Assembly: GCA_964524715.1 (NCBI GenBank)
Contig: CAZGGF010000510.1
Coordinates: forward strand, 850 to 64,849
DNA length: 64,000 bases
Origin: an uncultured Verrucomicrobiota bacterium
Lineage (GTDB): Bacteria; Verrucomicrobiota; Verrucomicrobiia; CAIQCK01
Direction: 5' to 3'
Under the pieces are notes generated by a model. It had not been told where the DNA came from and did not search any database. It saw only the letters and a list, made by a program, of their open reading frames with translations. Positions 46,797 through 56,986 of the stretch are shown piece after piece. The stretch's first letter is position 1; each line of letters begins with the position of its first letter. The translations under genes and the position numbers were made by a program.

Positions 46797-48920
46797 ATGA
46801 AAAGAATCCTTCTCATCCTCGCCACGCTGTTCATCTCCTCCGCAGCCGCACCAGCGGACGATGTCCGTTTGCAACCGCTCAAAGACCTGAACGGCTACTT
46901 CCCCTTCAATCCGCCGTCGTCGTTGAGCGAGTGGACCGTGCGAAAAGAGTATGTGCGGCGGCAAATTCTGGTGGCCACCGGTCTTTGGCCCATGCCGACA
47001 AAGACGCCGCTCAATGCAGTGATCCACGGCAAGATCGACTGCGGCCAATACACGGTGGAAAAGGTCTATTTCGAGAGCGCACCCGGTTTCTTCGTCACTG
47101 GCAATCTGTATCGCCCAAAAAATATCAAAGGCAAGGTGCCGGCGGTGATGTTCGCCCATGGCCACCGGCAGGACGCGCGTTTCCATCTCACTCCCGAAGA
47201 CAAGCTGCGCAAGGACATCGCCGACGGCGCGGAACGCTTTGAAAGCGGCGGACGCAGCACTTACCAGGCAATGTGCCGCCAGCTCGCCCTCATGGGCTGC
47301 GTCGTCTGGCAGTGGGACATGCTCAGCGATTCGGACTCGATCCAGTTGTCGCGTGCGCTGGTGCATGGCTTCGCTAAACAACGGCCGGAGATGAATACGA
47401 CGAAAAACTGGGGCCTCTACAGTCCGCAGGCGGAGTCGCATTGCCAGTGCATCATGGGGTTGCAGACACTCAATGCCATTCGCGGCCTCGACTTCCTGCT
47501 CAGCCTGCCCGAGGTGGATCCGCAGCGCACGGCCATCACCGGCGGCAGCGGCGGCGGCACGCAGACAATGGTGCTCGCAGCCATTGACGACCGCATCAAG
47601 CTCTCCTTCCCCGTCGTGATGGTCAGCACTGCCATGCAAGGCGGCTGCACCTGCGAGAACGCGAGCCTGCTGCGCGTGAACACCGGCAACGTCGAGTTTG
47701 CCGCGCTGTTCGCGCCAAAACCGCAGGGTATGAACAGCGCCGACGACTGGACGAAAGAGATGGCCACCAAGGGCTTCCCCGAGTTGCAGAAGCTCTACGC
47801 CGCATACGGCAGGAAAGACAACGTCTTCCTCCTGCGTGGCGAGCATTTCCCGCACAACTACAACGCCGTCACCCGTTCCGCCTTCTATACTTTCCTCAAC
47901 AAACACTTCAAACTCGGCTTCAAATCGCCCGTGATTGAGACCGACTTTGAGCCGCTGCCGCCCGCGCAACTCAGCGTCTGGGACGACAAGCATCCCGCGC
48001 CGAAAGCCGCCGATCCCGATTTCGAGCGCAAGCTGCTGAAGTGGTTCACTGACGATGCCGGCAAACAACTCCGTGCTGCCGCGGTGACGCCGGAAGGCAT
48101 ACAGAAAGTCATCCGCCCCGCGGTGGAAGTGATCATCGGCCGCACGTTTGCGAACGCGGGCGCCACCGAATGGAAACCCAAAGACACCCAGGATCGCGGC
48201 GATTACCTTGAGATGACTGGCACGCTCCTCAACAAGACTTACGGCGAGGAACTCAGCGTCGTCTGCCTCCAGCCGAAGCAATGCAACGGCCGCGCCGTCG
48301 TCTGGCTCGATGACAGTGGCAAAGCTGCGCTCTGCAATGCGGACGGCAGCGTGAAACCCGCAGTGATGAAGCTCGTGAAGGCTGGCGCGACGGTGTTCGC
48401 CGCCGATTTGTTCTTCCAAGGCGGCGAACCCGTGAAACAAACGCGGGTCGTGCAGCAAAAGAACGTGCGCGAGTTCGCCGGCTACACCTTCGGCTACAAC
48501 CACGCACTCTTCGCCCAGCGTGCGCATGATGTACTCACCATTGTAAGTCTCCTCCGCAGCAACAAAGTTGGCTCGTTTCCAAAACCAGAAACCGTCATCG
48601 TCGCCGGTTGGGGCAGCACTGGTCCGATCGTCGTCGCCGCGCGTGCTCTCGCCGGTGATGTCATCGTCCGTGCGGCGGCGGACACCAATGGTTTTCGCTT
48701 CGGCTCGTTGCTCGACTACCGCGACCCCATGTTCCTGCCCGGTGGAGCCAAGTATCTCGATCTGCCCGGTATGATCTCGATGAACGCCCCCCACCCTCTT
48801 TGGCTGGCGGGCGAGGACAAAAAGACCGAGCTTTTCGGGGCCAAGTTCGATCAACTCACCACTTTCACCGGTCATGCAGAAAACAGACAAGCCTCAGCCA
48901 TCGAATGGTTATTGAAATAA
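46797..48920 (+). CDS. Exported acetylxylan-esterase-like protein with two alpha/beta-hydrolase-type domains
   Basis: YTVEKVYFES.PG..VTGNLYRP, HGH, GGSGGG, CTCE, APKP, HNY; alternative starts 46776/46785. Confidence 0.8.
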   Translation: MKRILLILATLFISSAAAPADDVRLQPLKDLNGYFPFNPPSSLSEWTVRKEYVRRQILVATGLWPMPTKTPLNAVIHGKIDCGQYTVEKVYFESAPGFFVTGNLYRPKNIKGKVPAVMFAHGHRQDARFHLTPEDKLRKDIADGAERFESGGRSTYQAMCRQLALMGCVVWQWDMLSDSDSIQLSRALVHGFAKQRPEMNTTKNWGLYSPQAESHCQCIMGLQTLNAIRGLDFLLSLPEVDPQRTAITGGSGGGTQTMVLAAIDDRIKLSFPVVMVSTAMQGGCTCENASLLRVNTGNVEFAALFAPKPQGMNSADDWTKEMATKGFPELQKLYAAYGRKDNVFLLRGEHFPHNYNAVTRSAFYTFLNKHFKLGFKSPVIETDFEPLPPAQLSVWDDKHPAPKAADPDFERKLLKWFTDDAGKQLRAAAVTPEGIQKVIRPAVEVIIGRTFANAGATEWKPKDTQDRGDYLEMTGTLLNKTYGEELSVVCLQPKQCNGRAVVWLDDSGKAALCNADGSVKPAVMKLVKAGATVFAADLFFQGGEPVKQTRVVQQKNVREFAGYTFGYNHALFAQRAHDVLTIVSLLRSNKVGSFPKPETVIVAGWGSTGPIVVAARALAGDVIVRAAADTNGFRFGSLLDYRDPMFLPGGAKYLDLPGMISMNAPHPLWLAGEDKKTELFGAKFDQLTTFTGHAENRQASAIEWLLK

Positions 48921-49003
48921 TGAACTGCACAGTCTTGCGGCAACAATTCCACGAGGCAACACCTGCTGCTTCCACCGGCAGAACCGCCCGCGAACTTGGC
49001 GGC

Positions 49004-50077
49004 ATGGGACTGAGCCGCCGCCAGTTTCTATTGGCAACCACGTTGGCTGCGACACTTCCCCTGCGCTCGCAAGCCGCTTCCGCAGGGTCCAGCGCAGGCA
49101 CGCGCGGCGTGGTGCTGTATCCGTTCGACTTGAGTCTGCGCGATTGGCCGGAGCGCTGCGCGAAAGCGGGCCTCAACACCATTGCGTTGCATGCGGCGCG
49201 GCGTTTCGACGTCCTGCGTGATTTCATCACCAGCGCGGACGGACAACGCTTCCTGCTCCGGTGCCGCGAACTCGGCCTTGCTGTCGAATACGAACTGCAC
49301 GCGATGGGTGAATTGCTTTCCCGCGAGTTATACTACAAAGACCCGTCGCTTTTCCGCATGGGAGACCGTGGCAAGCGCAGCGCAGACGCCAACTGCTGTC
49401 CCCACTCCACCACTGCGCTGGACATCATCGCCGCCAAGGCCGTGGAGTGGGCGAAGGTCTTCGCTCCCACCACGCACCGGTATTTCTACTGGCCCGACGA
49501 CGGCGCGCAGTGGTGCCGCTGTGAAAAGTGCCGGGATTTCTCCGCGAGCGAACAGGCGTTGATCGTCGAGAATCACATTGTGAAAGCCCTGCGCCGCGAC
49601 GTGAACCCACACGCGCAGCTTTCGCACATCAGCTATCACCACACGCTGGTCGCGCCCGTTCGTGTGAAACCGGAACCGGGCATCTTCCTGGAGTTCGCTC
49701 CCATCGCGCGCGACTACACGCGGCCTGTCACCGACCGCGAGGCGAAGGCGCGCCGCTCGGGCGCGCAAGACCCCGGGCCGTCCACCAACGGCGGCTACCT
49801 TGACATCCTGGAAGCGAACTTGAAACTCTTTGGGGCGGCCACCGCGCAAGTGCTCGAATACTGGCTCGACGTCTCCATGTTCTCGCGCTGGACGCGGCCC
49901 GCGCAAAAGCTGCCATGGAACGAGGCCGTCTGTCGTGCCGACATCGCCGCCTATCGCGCGTTGGGTGTGCGGCACATCACCACATTCGCCACCTACATCG
50001 ATGCCGATTATCTGAAGCTTCACGGCGATCCACAATCCGCCATCTCTGCGTATGGCGCAGCCCTTCAAAAACCATGA
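49004..50077 (+). CDS. Tat-exported DUF4838-like protein
   Basis: SRRQFL; NCCPHS, WPDDG..WCRCEKC, ISYHHT..P, VLEYW; alternative start 48920. Confidence 0.7.
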   Translation: MGLSRRQFLLATTLAATLPLRSQAASAGSSAGTRGVVLYPFDLSLRDWPERCAKAGLNTIALHAARRFDVLRDFITSADGQRFLLRCRELGLAVEYELHAMGELLSRELYYKDPSLFRMGDRGKRSADANCCPHSTTALDIIAAKAVEWAKVFAPTTHRYFYWPDDGAQWCRCEKCRDFSASEQALIVENHIVKALRRDVNPHAQLSHISYHHTLVAPVRVKPEPGIFLEFAPIARDYTRPVTDREAKARRSGAQDPGPSTNGGYLDILEANLKLFGAATAQVLEYWLDVSMFSRWTRPAQKLPWNEAVCRADIAAYRALGVRHITTFATYIDADYLKLHGDPQSAISAYGAALQKP

Positions 50078-51570
50078 AACAATCAATCATCCTCCCTCTC
50101 ATCGTCCTGCTGCTGGCTCCGCTGGCCGCCGAGGCGGCTCAACTTCAGGCGGGCGTCGCCAAGGTGGACATCACGGACCGCACAGTGCCCGTCAATGACC
50201 CGTTGTATGCCAAGGCGCTGGTGTTGCGCGATGGCGACACCACCGCGGCCATTATCACCGTGGACGCCGTTGCCATTGGCCAGCTTGGCAGAATCAAGAA
50301 CGACTTCCTCCCCAACGTTCGCGCGCAGCTCCAAAAGGAACTCAACATCGCTCCCTCGCATGTCCTCATCAACGCCAGCCATTGTCACGGCATCGTATGC
50401 GCCGATGTCGAACAGCGGACCGTCCAAGCGGTAAAGGACGCATACCGAAACCTCGTGCCCGTCAAGGTTGGCGCGGGTCGCGGCCACGAGAACAGGATCA
50501 TGGAGAACCGCCGGCTCTGGCTGAAAGATGGCAGCGAAACGGACGTGCGCCATGCCTATTCGCTGGCCCCCGACGACCAGATTGTCAGGATCGGGCCGAC
50601 AGATCCCGACATCGGCCTGCTGCGTCTTGACAGGCTGAACGGTCAGCCGCTGGCCATCGTTTACAATTTCGCGGTCCATCCCATCCAGACCGTGCCGAGC
50701 CGTGGCAACACTGCCGACATCACTGGCTTTGCCTCCCAAGCCATCGAGGATGCGCTTGGCGGCGGCGCGATCGCCATTTTCCTGCAAGGATGCTGCGGCG
50801 ACATCAACCCGGTCCAATACAAGGATGTTCATAATCCCCGTGACGCCGAGCCGCTCGGAAACCAGCTCGGTCTTAGCGCCGTGCGGGCGTTGCGAAAAAT
50901 CCAGACGCGCGAGGATGGCGGGCTGCGCGTGATCAACGAAGCCCTGCTATTGCCACGCGCCACCGACATGGAACGCCGCATGGCCGCAATCCAGGCCGAG
51001 CAGACGCGATTGGTTCAGTCGTTGCGCGGAACCAGCATCAACCTGAAGACATTCGTCCCGCTGTTCGTACAATACAACCTCGCTACGAACTTCCCGTCCT
51101 ATGCCAGCCACCGCTACCTGCTCGACAAATCGCTCGGTCGCGACGACCTGGCCAAGCTCGACGCGGAGAACCGGTCAAACATGGAGCGTTACGTCCGAAA
51201 CGTTCTCATCATGGAACAGCTCACGCGGCTCCAAGCGAACCTCAATCTGCTCAAGATGCACCATGCGCAAAACGTCGCTGCCGGCAAACCGACGATTGAC
51301 GTCGAGGTTGTGGGCGTGAGGGTCGGCGACTTCGTGCTGGTAACGTTCCCCGGCGAGTTGACCGTCGAGATCGGCCTCAATATCAAGAAGCGCGCCACAG
51401 CTCCATTCACCTTCGTTGCCGGCTACACCAACGGCTACATTTATTACGCCCCCACCGCACAAGGCCGGAATAACAAAGGCTTCGCGCAGGAGGATTGTGA
51501 CTGCCTGCTCGCGCCAGAATGGGAGAAACTGTTTGAGGAAAAGGTGCAGGAGATATTGAAGAAACTTTAG
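50074..51570 (+). CDS. Exported neutral ceramidase-like protein (paralog 6)
   Basis: GVAKVDIT, DPLYAKALVL, ASHCH, NRR, NFAVHP, QGCCGD, FPGEL, YTNGY. Confidence 0.78.
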   Translation: MKQSIILPLIVLLLAPLAAEAAQLQAGVAKVDITDRTVPVNDPLYAKALVLRDGDTTAAIITVDAVAIGQLGRIKNDFLPNVRAQLQKELNIAPSHVLINASHCHGIVCADVEQRTVQAVKDAYRNLVPVKVGAGRGHENRIMENRRLWLKDGSETDVRHAYSLAPDDQIVRIGPTDPDIGLLRLDRLNGQPLAIVYNFAVHPIQTVPSRGNTADITGFASQAIEDALGGGAIAIFLQGCCGDINPVQYKDVHNPRDAEPLGNQLGLSAVRALRKIQTREDGGLRVINEALLLPRATDMERRMAAIQAEQTRLVQSLRGTSINLKTFVPLFVQYNLATNFPSYASHRYLLDKSLGRDDLAKLDAENRSNMERYVRNVLIMEQLTRLQANLNLLKMHHAQNVAAGKPTIDVEVVGVRVGDFVLVTFPGELTVEIGLNIKKRATAPFTFVAGYTNGYIYYAPTAQGRNNKGFAQEDCDCLLAPEWEKLFEEKVQEILKKL

Positions 51571-51612
51571 TCCACGCGCCAATTCAGCGACAATCAACAC
51601 TCAACATTGTCA

Positions 51613-54282
51613 ATGAGAGGCATTTTCACCACTTGTCTTGCCGCACTTTCGCTCGCGTGCGCCGCCGCTGCCGACTCGCCGTCCAATCTCTTTCCGTTCG
51701 TCCTGCCGGCGGACGACATCACGGAAGGCGTCACCGACTTGTCATTCCTCAACGCCAAACCCGCCAACGATCTCGTCACCGTGCGCGACGGTCACTTTTA
51801 CGCAGGTGGCAAACGCATCCGGTTCTGGGGCGTGTGCATCATCGGTGCGGCGGCGTTTCCCACGCACGAGGATGCCACACTCATCGCCCACCGGCTGGCC
51901 AGTCGAGGCATGAACCACGTGCGGATTCACTTGATTGATGGACATTACGCACCGATGGGCTTGTTCGATCCTGAACACAAGGGCGAGCTGCGGATTCTAC
52001 CGTCGCAACTCGACAGGCTCGATTTCTTCATCGCCGAACTCAAGAAACGCGGCATCTACGTGGAACTGCCGGTGGATGGATACCATTGGCGGAATATTTC
52101 CGGCGTGCAGGATTATCCCGGCACGGACTTCCACAAATTCGCCCCCTTCAGCAGTGGCATCCCGCTCTGGAATGACCACTTCGTCGCAACCGAGAAGCAG
52201 TTTGCCCGCGATTTCTTCGGCCACGTCAACCCCTACACGGGCAAGGCCTACACCGAGGAGCCATGCGTCTCCACCCTGGAGATCGTCAACGAGAACGGCC
52301 TTATCTGCGCATGGCGCGGCGGTCATTTCCGAACCGAATGGCCCCAAGCGATGATCGCGGACTTGCAGTCGCACTGGAACAGGTTCCTCAAGACACGATA
52401 CGCAACGACCGTGCGCCTGCGCCAATCGTGGGCGGCCGGGGAGATTCACGCCGACTCGCAGAACATGCTGAAGAACAGCGAGTTTGCAGACGATTTGAAC
52501 TCATGGCTGTTGCAGTCCGTGAAACCGTCCGTGGCCCGAACGGATGTCGCCGCAAACGGCGGCCCGGGAGGACGGCCCTGCGTTGTGCTCAACAGCGAGC
52601 GCGCCCCGGAAAAGATGGCTTTCATCATCCTTCAACAGCCCGGTCTGGCCATCGAAAAGAACTGTCGCTACACACTTTCATTCCAGGCCAAAGCCAATGC
52701 GCCCACCAACGCTCCCGTGAGACTCAGCGTTAACATTGCGTTGAACCGCCCCCCATGGAATGCCGTGGGACTGTCCTCGTCAGCGGAGATCGGCGGCGAT
52801 TGGAAACAAGTGACGCTGTCGTTTGCAGGTACGCAGGACGAAGCGGCCGCCAAGTTGATGATCTCGCCTCCCATCGGCGCAAGCCGCGTTTCGCTGACGG
52901 ACTTCTTGCTGCGCAAGACAGACATCATCGGCCTGCCGCCGGGAGAATCGATCGATGCCGGCAACGTCTCCATGCCGCCGTCGCCCACGGATTGTCTGGG
53001 CCGAACGCGGCAGGTCGCAGCGGATTTTGTGGACTTCCTGTACGAACTGGATGCGCGCTATTTCGATACGATGCGCGACTTCCTCAAACGCGAGTTGCGT
53101 TGCCAGCATCCGATCAAGGGCACACAGGTGGACCACTACAGTTCGTACTTCAGCCAGGCGCGCTACGATTATCTCGACTCACACGGTTACTGGGAGCATC
53201 CGGTGTTTCCAAACAAACCGTGGGATATGAAAGATTGGTTCGTCCGCAACTCGCCGATGGTCAACCACGGCGGCGAGACGGTTGTGGAACTCGCGGAGCG
53301 GCGCGTGCGCGGCAAGCCATATAACGTGAGCGAGTATTGCCACCCCGCTCCGAGCACCTGCTGTGCGGAGCAGGTGCCGACCATCGCGTCGTTCGGTGCG
53401 ATGCAGGATTGGGACGGCGTCGTGTTCCACTGCTGGCAGGAGATGGAATACGACTGGCACGTGCGCGAGGTGCGCAAACTTCCAGCCGACCGCATCGACC
53501 GGTGGTTCAACATGAGCCGTCATTCCGTCAAGCTGGTCACCCTGCCCTTCGGCGCGCTGGCGTTCCGGCGGGGTGATGTGACGACATCCCGCGAGGAAAC
53601 CGCCATCGGCGTCACGCTCGACGAAGAAAAGCAATGGCTCGCGGAAAAAGCCGGAACCTCGTGGCAGGGATTCGACGTCGCCGCCGCCAAAGGAGCGACA
53701 TGGCGCGATGCTTTCACGCGCCGTATCAGTCTGGCGTTGGGATCAAACACTCTCCCGGCATTCTTGCCGTCCGAACTCAAGCGAGTCGAATCCGACACCA
53801 GCGAACTCGTCTGCAATCTGGCCGACGCCTCTGCCGGTGTGCTTACGGTCAACTCGCTCCGTGCCAAGGCCATGATCGGGTTCGGCGCGGGCAAGACGTT
53901 CGAGTTGGGTGACGTGATCCTCAAGCCCGGCCCAACCATGCAGCGTGGCTTCTCTGTCATCACCGCCTCCGCCGTGCGCGGCGCCAACTTCCACTCCCCC
54001 GGCGCGCGCATCCTCGTAACCGCCACAGGTTATGTTGAAAACTGGGGCATGGTCTGGAACGCCGATAAAACTTCCGTCGGCAACCAATGGGGCGATGGCC
54101 CGGTGATGTGCGAGGGAATCCCGTTCGAGTTGATCTTGAAAACAAAGCGCTCCACCGCATGGCCGCTCGATCCACGCGGACGCCGACTCAATCCGATCAA
54201 TGGCGAGCCGGGCACGGAAGGCCTGCGATTTACTTTCGGTCCACAATACAAAACGCTTTGGTATGAAATCGCCCCCGAGTAA
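51613..54282 (+). CDS. GH5-like (clan A) glycoside hydrolase with an inserted CBM4/9-like module
   Basis: RIRFWGV, GMNHVRIH, LDRLD..LKKRGIY, HVNPYTG, IVNENG, H.YWEHP, VSEY; insert starts NMLKNSEF. Confidence 0.75.
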   Translation: MRGIFTTCLAALSLACAAAADSPSNLFPFVLPADDITEGVTDLSFLNAKPANDLVTVRDGHFYAGGKRIRFWGVCIIGAAAFPTHEDATLIAHRLASRGMNHVRIHLIDGHYAPMGLFDPEHKGELRILPSQLDRLDFFIAELKKRGIYVELPVDGYHWRNISGVQDYPGTDFHKFAPFSSGIPLWNDHFVATEKQFARDFFGHVNPYTGKAYTEEPCVSTLEIVNENGLICAWRGGHFRTEWPQAMIADLQSHWNRFLKTRYATTVRLRQSWAAGEIHADSQNMLKNSEFADDLNSWLLQSVKPSVARTDVAANGGPGGRPCVVLNSERAPEKMAFIILQQPGLAIEKNCRYTLSFQAKANAPTNAPVRLSVNIALNRPPWNAVGLSSSAEIGGDWKQVTLSFAGTQDEAAAKLMISPPIGASRVSLTDFLLRKTDIIGLPPGESIDAGNVSMPPSPTDCLGRTRQVAADFVDFLYELDARYFDTMRDFLKRELRCQHPIKGTQVDHYSSYFSQARYDYLDSHGYWEHPVFPNKPWDMKDWFVRNSPMVNHGGETVVELAERRVRGKPYNVSEYCHPAPSTCCAEQVPTIASFGAMQDWDGVVFHCWQEMEYDWHVREVRKLPADRIDRWFNMSRHSVKLVTLPFGALAFRRGDVTTSREETAIGVTLDEEKQWLAEKAGTSWQGFDVAAAKGATWRDAFTRRISLALGSNTLPAFLPSELKRVESDTSELVCNLADASAGVLTVNSLRAKAMIGFGAGKTFELGDVILKPGPTMQRGFSVITASAVRGANFHSPGARILVTATGYVENWGMVWNADKTSVGNQWGDGPVMCEGIPFELILKTKRSTAWPLDPRGRRLNPINGEPGTEGLRFTFGPQYKTLWYEIAPE

Positions 54283-54331
54283 CGAGGCTGGCGTCGCGTA
54301 ACGTACGATCTTCCTCACTCCCCATACGGCC

Positions 54332-56974
54332 ATGCACATTTCACGATTCCTTCCCGCGATCATGTTCGCGGCAATGGCAACTCTCTCCCCCGCTGCTGAT
54401 CTCGTAATTGCCGCCAATGGCAAATCGGACTACCAGATCGTTCTACCGGATAAAACACTGGACCCGATCATTGACAGGGCGATCACAGATGCCGCCGACG
54501 TCATGCGCGGGATGTTTCAAGCCAACGGCTGCACAGTCCCGGTCGTCAAGGAGGCACAAGCCGACAAACAGAAACCGGGCATCTACCTTGGCGATACTGC
54601 CACAGCGCGCGCGGCTGGCGTCGAAGCGTCCACCCTGCCGGTGTGGACCTACGTTTGGAAAACATCAGGCAAGAACATGATTATCGCTGGTCGCGACTGG
54701 CCAGCGGCCAAACATAGTGCCAAGGCCGATTGCTCTTGTTCATTGGGCACCGTCAAAGGCATGACGGATTTCATGCGCCAGTTTGGCGGCACACGTTTCC
54801 TTGCGCCCGGCGGCCTGACGGGGATCGAGTTTCTGCCTGCGGCGAAGATCACCATTCCAGACAATCTCAATGTTCGTCGGGTCCCGATGGTCAACTACAA
54901 CAGCGGCGACCGGCCAGCGACGGATGTCACTCACATTGCCCTGAACTTCCTCAACAACGTCACAACAGAATACTCGGCGCACACGCATGAGCTTGCGGTG
55001 CCAGCCGACACCTATGCCGGGACGCACCCAGAGTATTTCGCTCTCGTCAACGGCCAGCGTGTCCGCGAGCGTCCGCACCCTTGGAAACCGGGCACGATGG
55101 TCAAGGAGCCGCACCTCTGTTACTCCAACAAGGACGTTCAGGAATTGATCTACAAAGATATGCTGCGTTCGTTCGACGCAGGCTATCCGGAATATCTGTC
55201 GCTTCAGGCCGACGGGTTTCAAGCTTGCCAGTGCGATGAATGCAAGAAGCTGTTCAACACTTCCGATTGGGGCGAGAAGCTCTGGCTCCTTAACAAAGGT
55301 TGGGCTGAGCGTCTTCTGAAAGACCGGCCCGGCAGGCATCTGGTCGTAACCGCATACACCGTCACCGGCAAACCGCCCGTCGCATTCAAGGATTTCCCCT
55401 CAAACATGCGAATCAACGTCGGCAGTTACCAGAAGGCTTTCGATGGCTGGGAGGCATGCAAGATTCCCGGCGGCTTCGTGACGTACCTGCACGCTTGGGG
55501 CGGCTATCATCTGTGCGGTTACCTGCCCACGCGCACCCCGCTCTATGCCGAGCAAGTCGTCAAGATGTACGCGAAATATAACGTGAAAGGCGTGGGGCTG
55601 GATTCCGCGCCAGCGATCATGTGGGGCATGGAGGGGCCGACCGTCTATGTGTATTCGCGCATGCTCGATGACGACAAAAACAACACCGCGCAGACATTGG
55701 TGCAAGAATACATTCAGGCGGCGTATGGGCCTGCGGCCGCGCCCATGACACGTTTCTTCGACGAACTGCACCACACACTGCAAGCTTACGCCGAGGTGTT
55801 CGGCGTTGATAACGGGTCCTTTCAAACCTACACGCGCGCGGACGGCCGCTCGGTGCGATACCTGACGTGGCAGACAAAACTCCGGCTGATTGGGTTCCTC
55901 TACCCGCCCGAAACGCTGGCCTTGCTCGAAAGCCACCTCGCGCAGGCCTGCAAAACCACGGGCCTCACGGAGAAGAACAAGCTGCGTCTTGCCCTCGTGC
56001 ACCGCGAATTCGACTACCTCAAGAGCACGGCGCGCGTCGTGCATCTGTTCACCGCCTACCAAACCCGCCCTGATAAAAACAGCCTCGATGCGCTCCTTGG
56101 CGAAATGCAATTACGAGAGAAGATGATTTTGTCGTGGTGCGATACCCGTCGTTCGCATCAGCCGGGCGTCTATCTCCAAAAGCCGCTCGATCCCCACTGG
56201 CCGATGTACATCGGCGGCAGCGCCGGATATTACAACACCCACCTGCTGGCAAATGGCGGCAGTTATCTCTCGCAACCCGTGCCGCCATTCACTTGGAATA
56301 TCTCCGAAATGCGCAAGGCCCCATTGATCTCGGCCAGAACACTCATTGCCAAGAAAACCACGGTTTCATTGTCGCTCGACTCCAACCTCTGGAACAAGAT
56401 CCCGGCGCAACAACTGGGACCTTTGTCACTGGGCGCAAAAGCCCCCGTGTGTCCGGGCGAAGTCAGAGTCGCCTACGACTCCAACGCTCTCTACATACGG
56501 TTCCTCGGCCAATTGCCGAAAGCATGGGTGAGACCGCCGGCCATGCAGCGTGACCACAACGAGATCGTCAGGTGCGAATCGTTCAGCGTGTTTCTGTCGC
56601 CTGACAACAACCCGGCGAAGCACTTCCGTTTCGCCGGCGGCACGAGCGACACAGCGCGATACGACGCCCGACAAGGCTTCATCGAAGATTCGATTGACCC
56701 GCGTTTCAATCAGGACGACCCCACGTGGAACGCGGAGTGGCGCTACGAGTGCACCGTGGCCACCGACGCCGGAAGCTGGAGCGCGTTGCTGGTCATTCCC
56801 TTCAAGTCATTGAACACGGCGACACCGACGGCGGCGACCGAGTGGAAGGCCAACTTCGGCCGCGTTCACCAGATTCGCCCCCACATGCCACAGGAAGTCT
56901 CACTCTGGTCCTCGAATCCCGGAACGAAATCGCTCGATGATCGAAAAACATTCGGCACTTTGGTTTTTGAATGA
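54332..56974 (+). CDS. DUF4838-domain exported protein with a C-terminal CBM9-like domain
   Basis: HPEYFALVNGQR, LCYSN, DG..ACQCDEC, AYG.AA.PM..FF; VAYDSNALYI, W.ALLVIPF, WKANFGR. Confidence 0.75.
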   Translation: MHISRFLPAIMFAAMATLSPAADLVIAANGKSDYQIVLPDKTLDPIIDRAITDAADVMRGMFQANGCTVPVVKEAQADKQKPGIYLGDTATARAAGVEASTLPVWTYVWKTSGKNMIIAGRDWPAAKHSAKADCSCSLGTVKGMTDFMRQFGGTRFLAPGGLTGIEFLPAAKITIPDNLNVRRVPMVNYNSGDRPATDVTHIALNFLNNVTTEYSAHTHELAVPADTYAGTHPEYFALVNGQRVRERPHPWKPGTMVKEPHLCYSNKDVQELIYKDMLRSFDAGYPEYLSLQADGFQACQCDECKKLFNTSDWGEKLWLLNKGWAERLLKDRPGRHLVVTAYTVTGKPPVAFKDFPSNMRINVGSYQKAFDGWEACKIPGGFVTYLHAWGGYHLCGYLPTRTPLYAEQVVKMYAKYNVKGVGLDSAPAIMWGMEGPTVYVYSRMLDDDKNNTAQTLVQEYIQAAYGPAAAPMTRFFDELHHTLQAYAEVFGVDNGSFQTYTRADGRSVRYLTWQTKLRLIGFLYPPETLALLESHLAQACKTTGLTEKNKLRLALVHREFDYLKSTARVVHLFTAYQTRPDKNSLDALLGEMQLREKMILSWCDTRRSHQPGVYLQKPLDPHWPMYIGGSAGYYNTHLLANGGSYLSQPVPPFTWNISEMRKAPLISARTLIAKKTTVSLSLDSNLWNKIPAQQLGPLSLGAKAPVCPGEVRVAYDSNALYIRFLGQLPKAWVRPPAMQRDHNEIVRCESFSVFLSPDNNPAKHFRFAGGTSDTARYDARQGFIEDSIDPRFNQDDPTWNAEWRYECTVATDAGSWSALLVIPFKSLNTATPTAATEWKANFGRVHQIRPHMPQEVSLWSSNPGTKSLDDRKTFGTLVFE

Positions 56975-56986
56975 AGCGCGCTGCAT

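Noticed and set aside
13641-48890. Long antisense ORFs (13641-15830, 21375-23525, 31376-33061, 34851-36347, 46563-48890 and others)
   Set aside because: They mirror well-supported genes on the opposite strand, have no recognisable motifs, and are expected from GC-rich codon bias.
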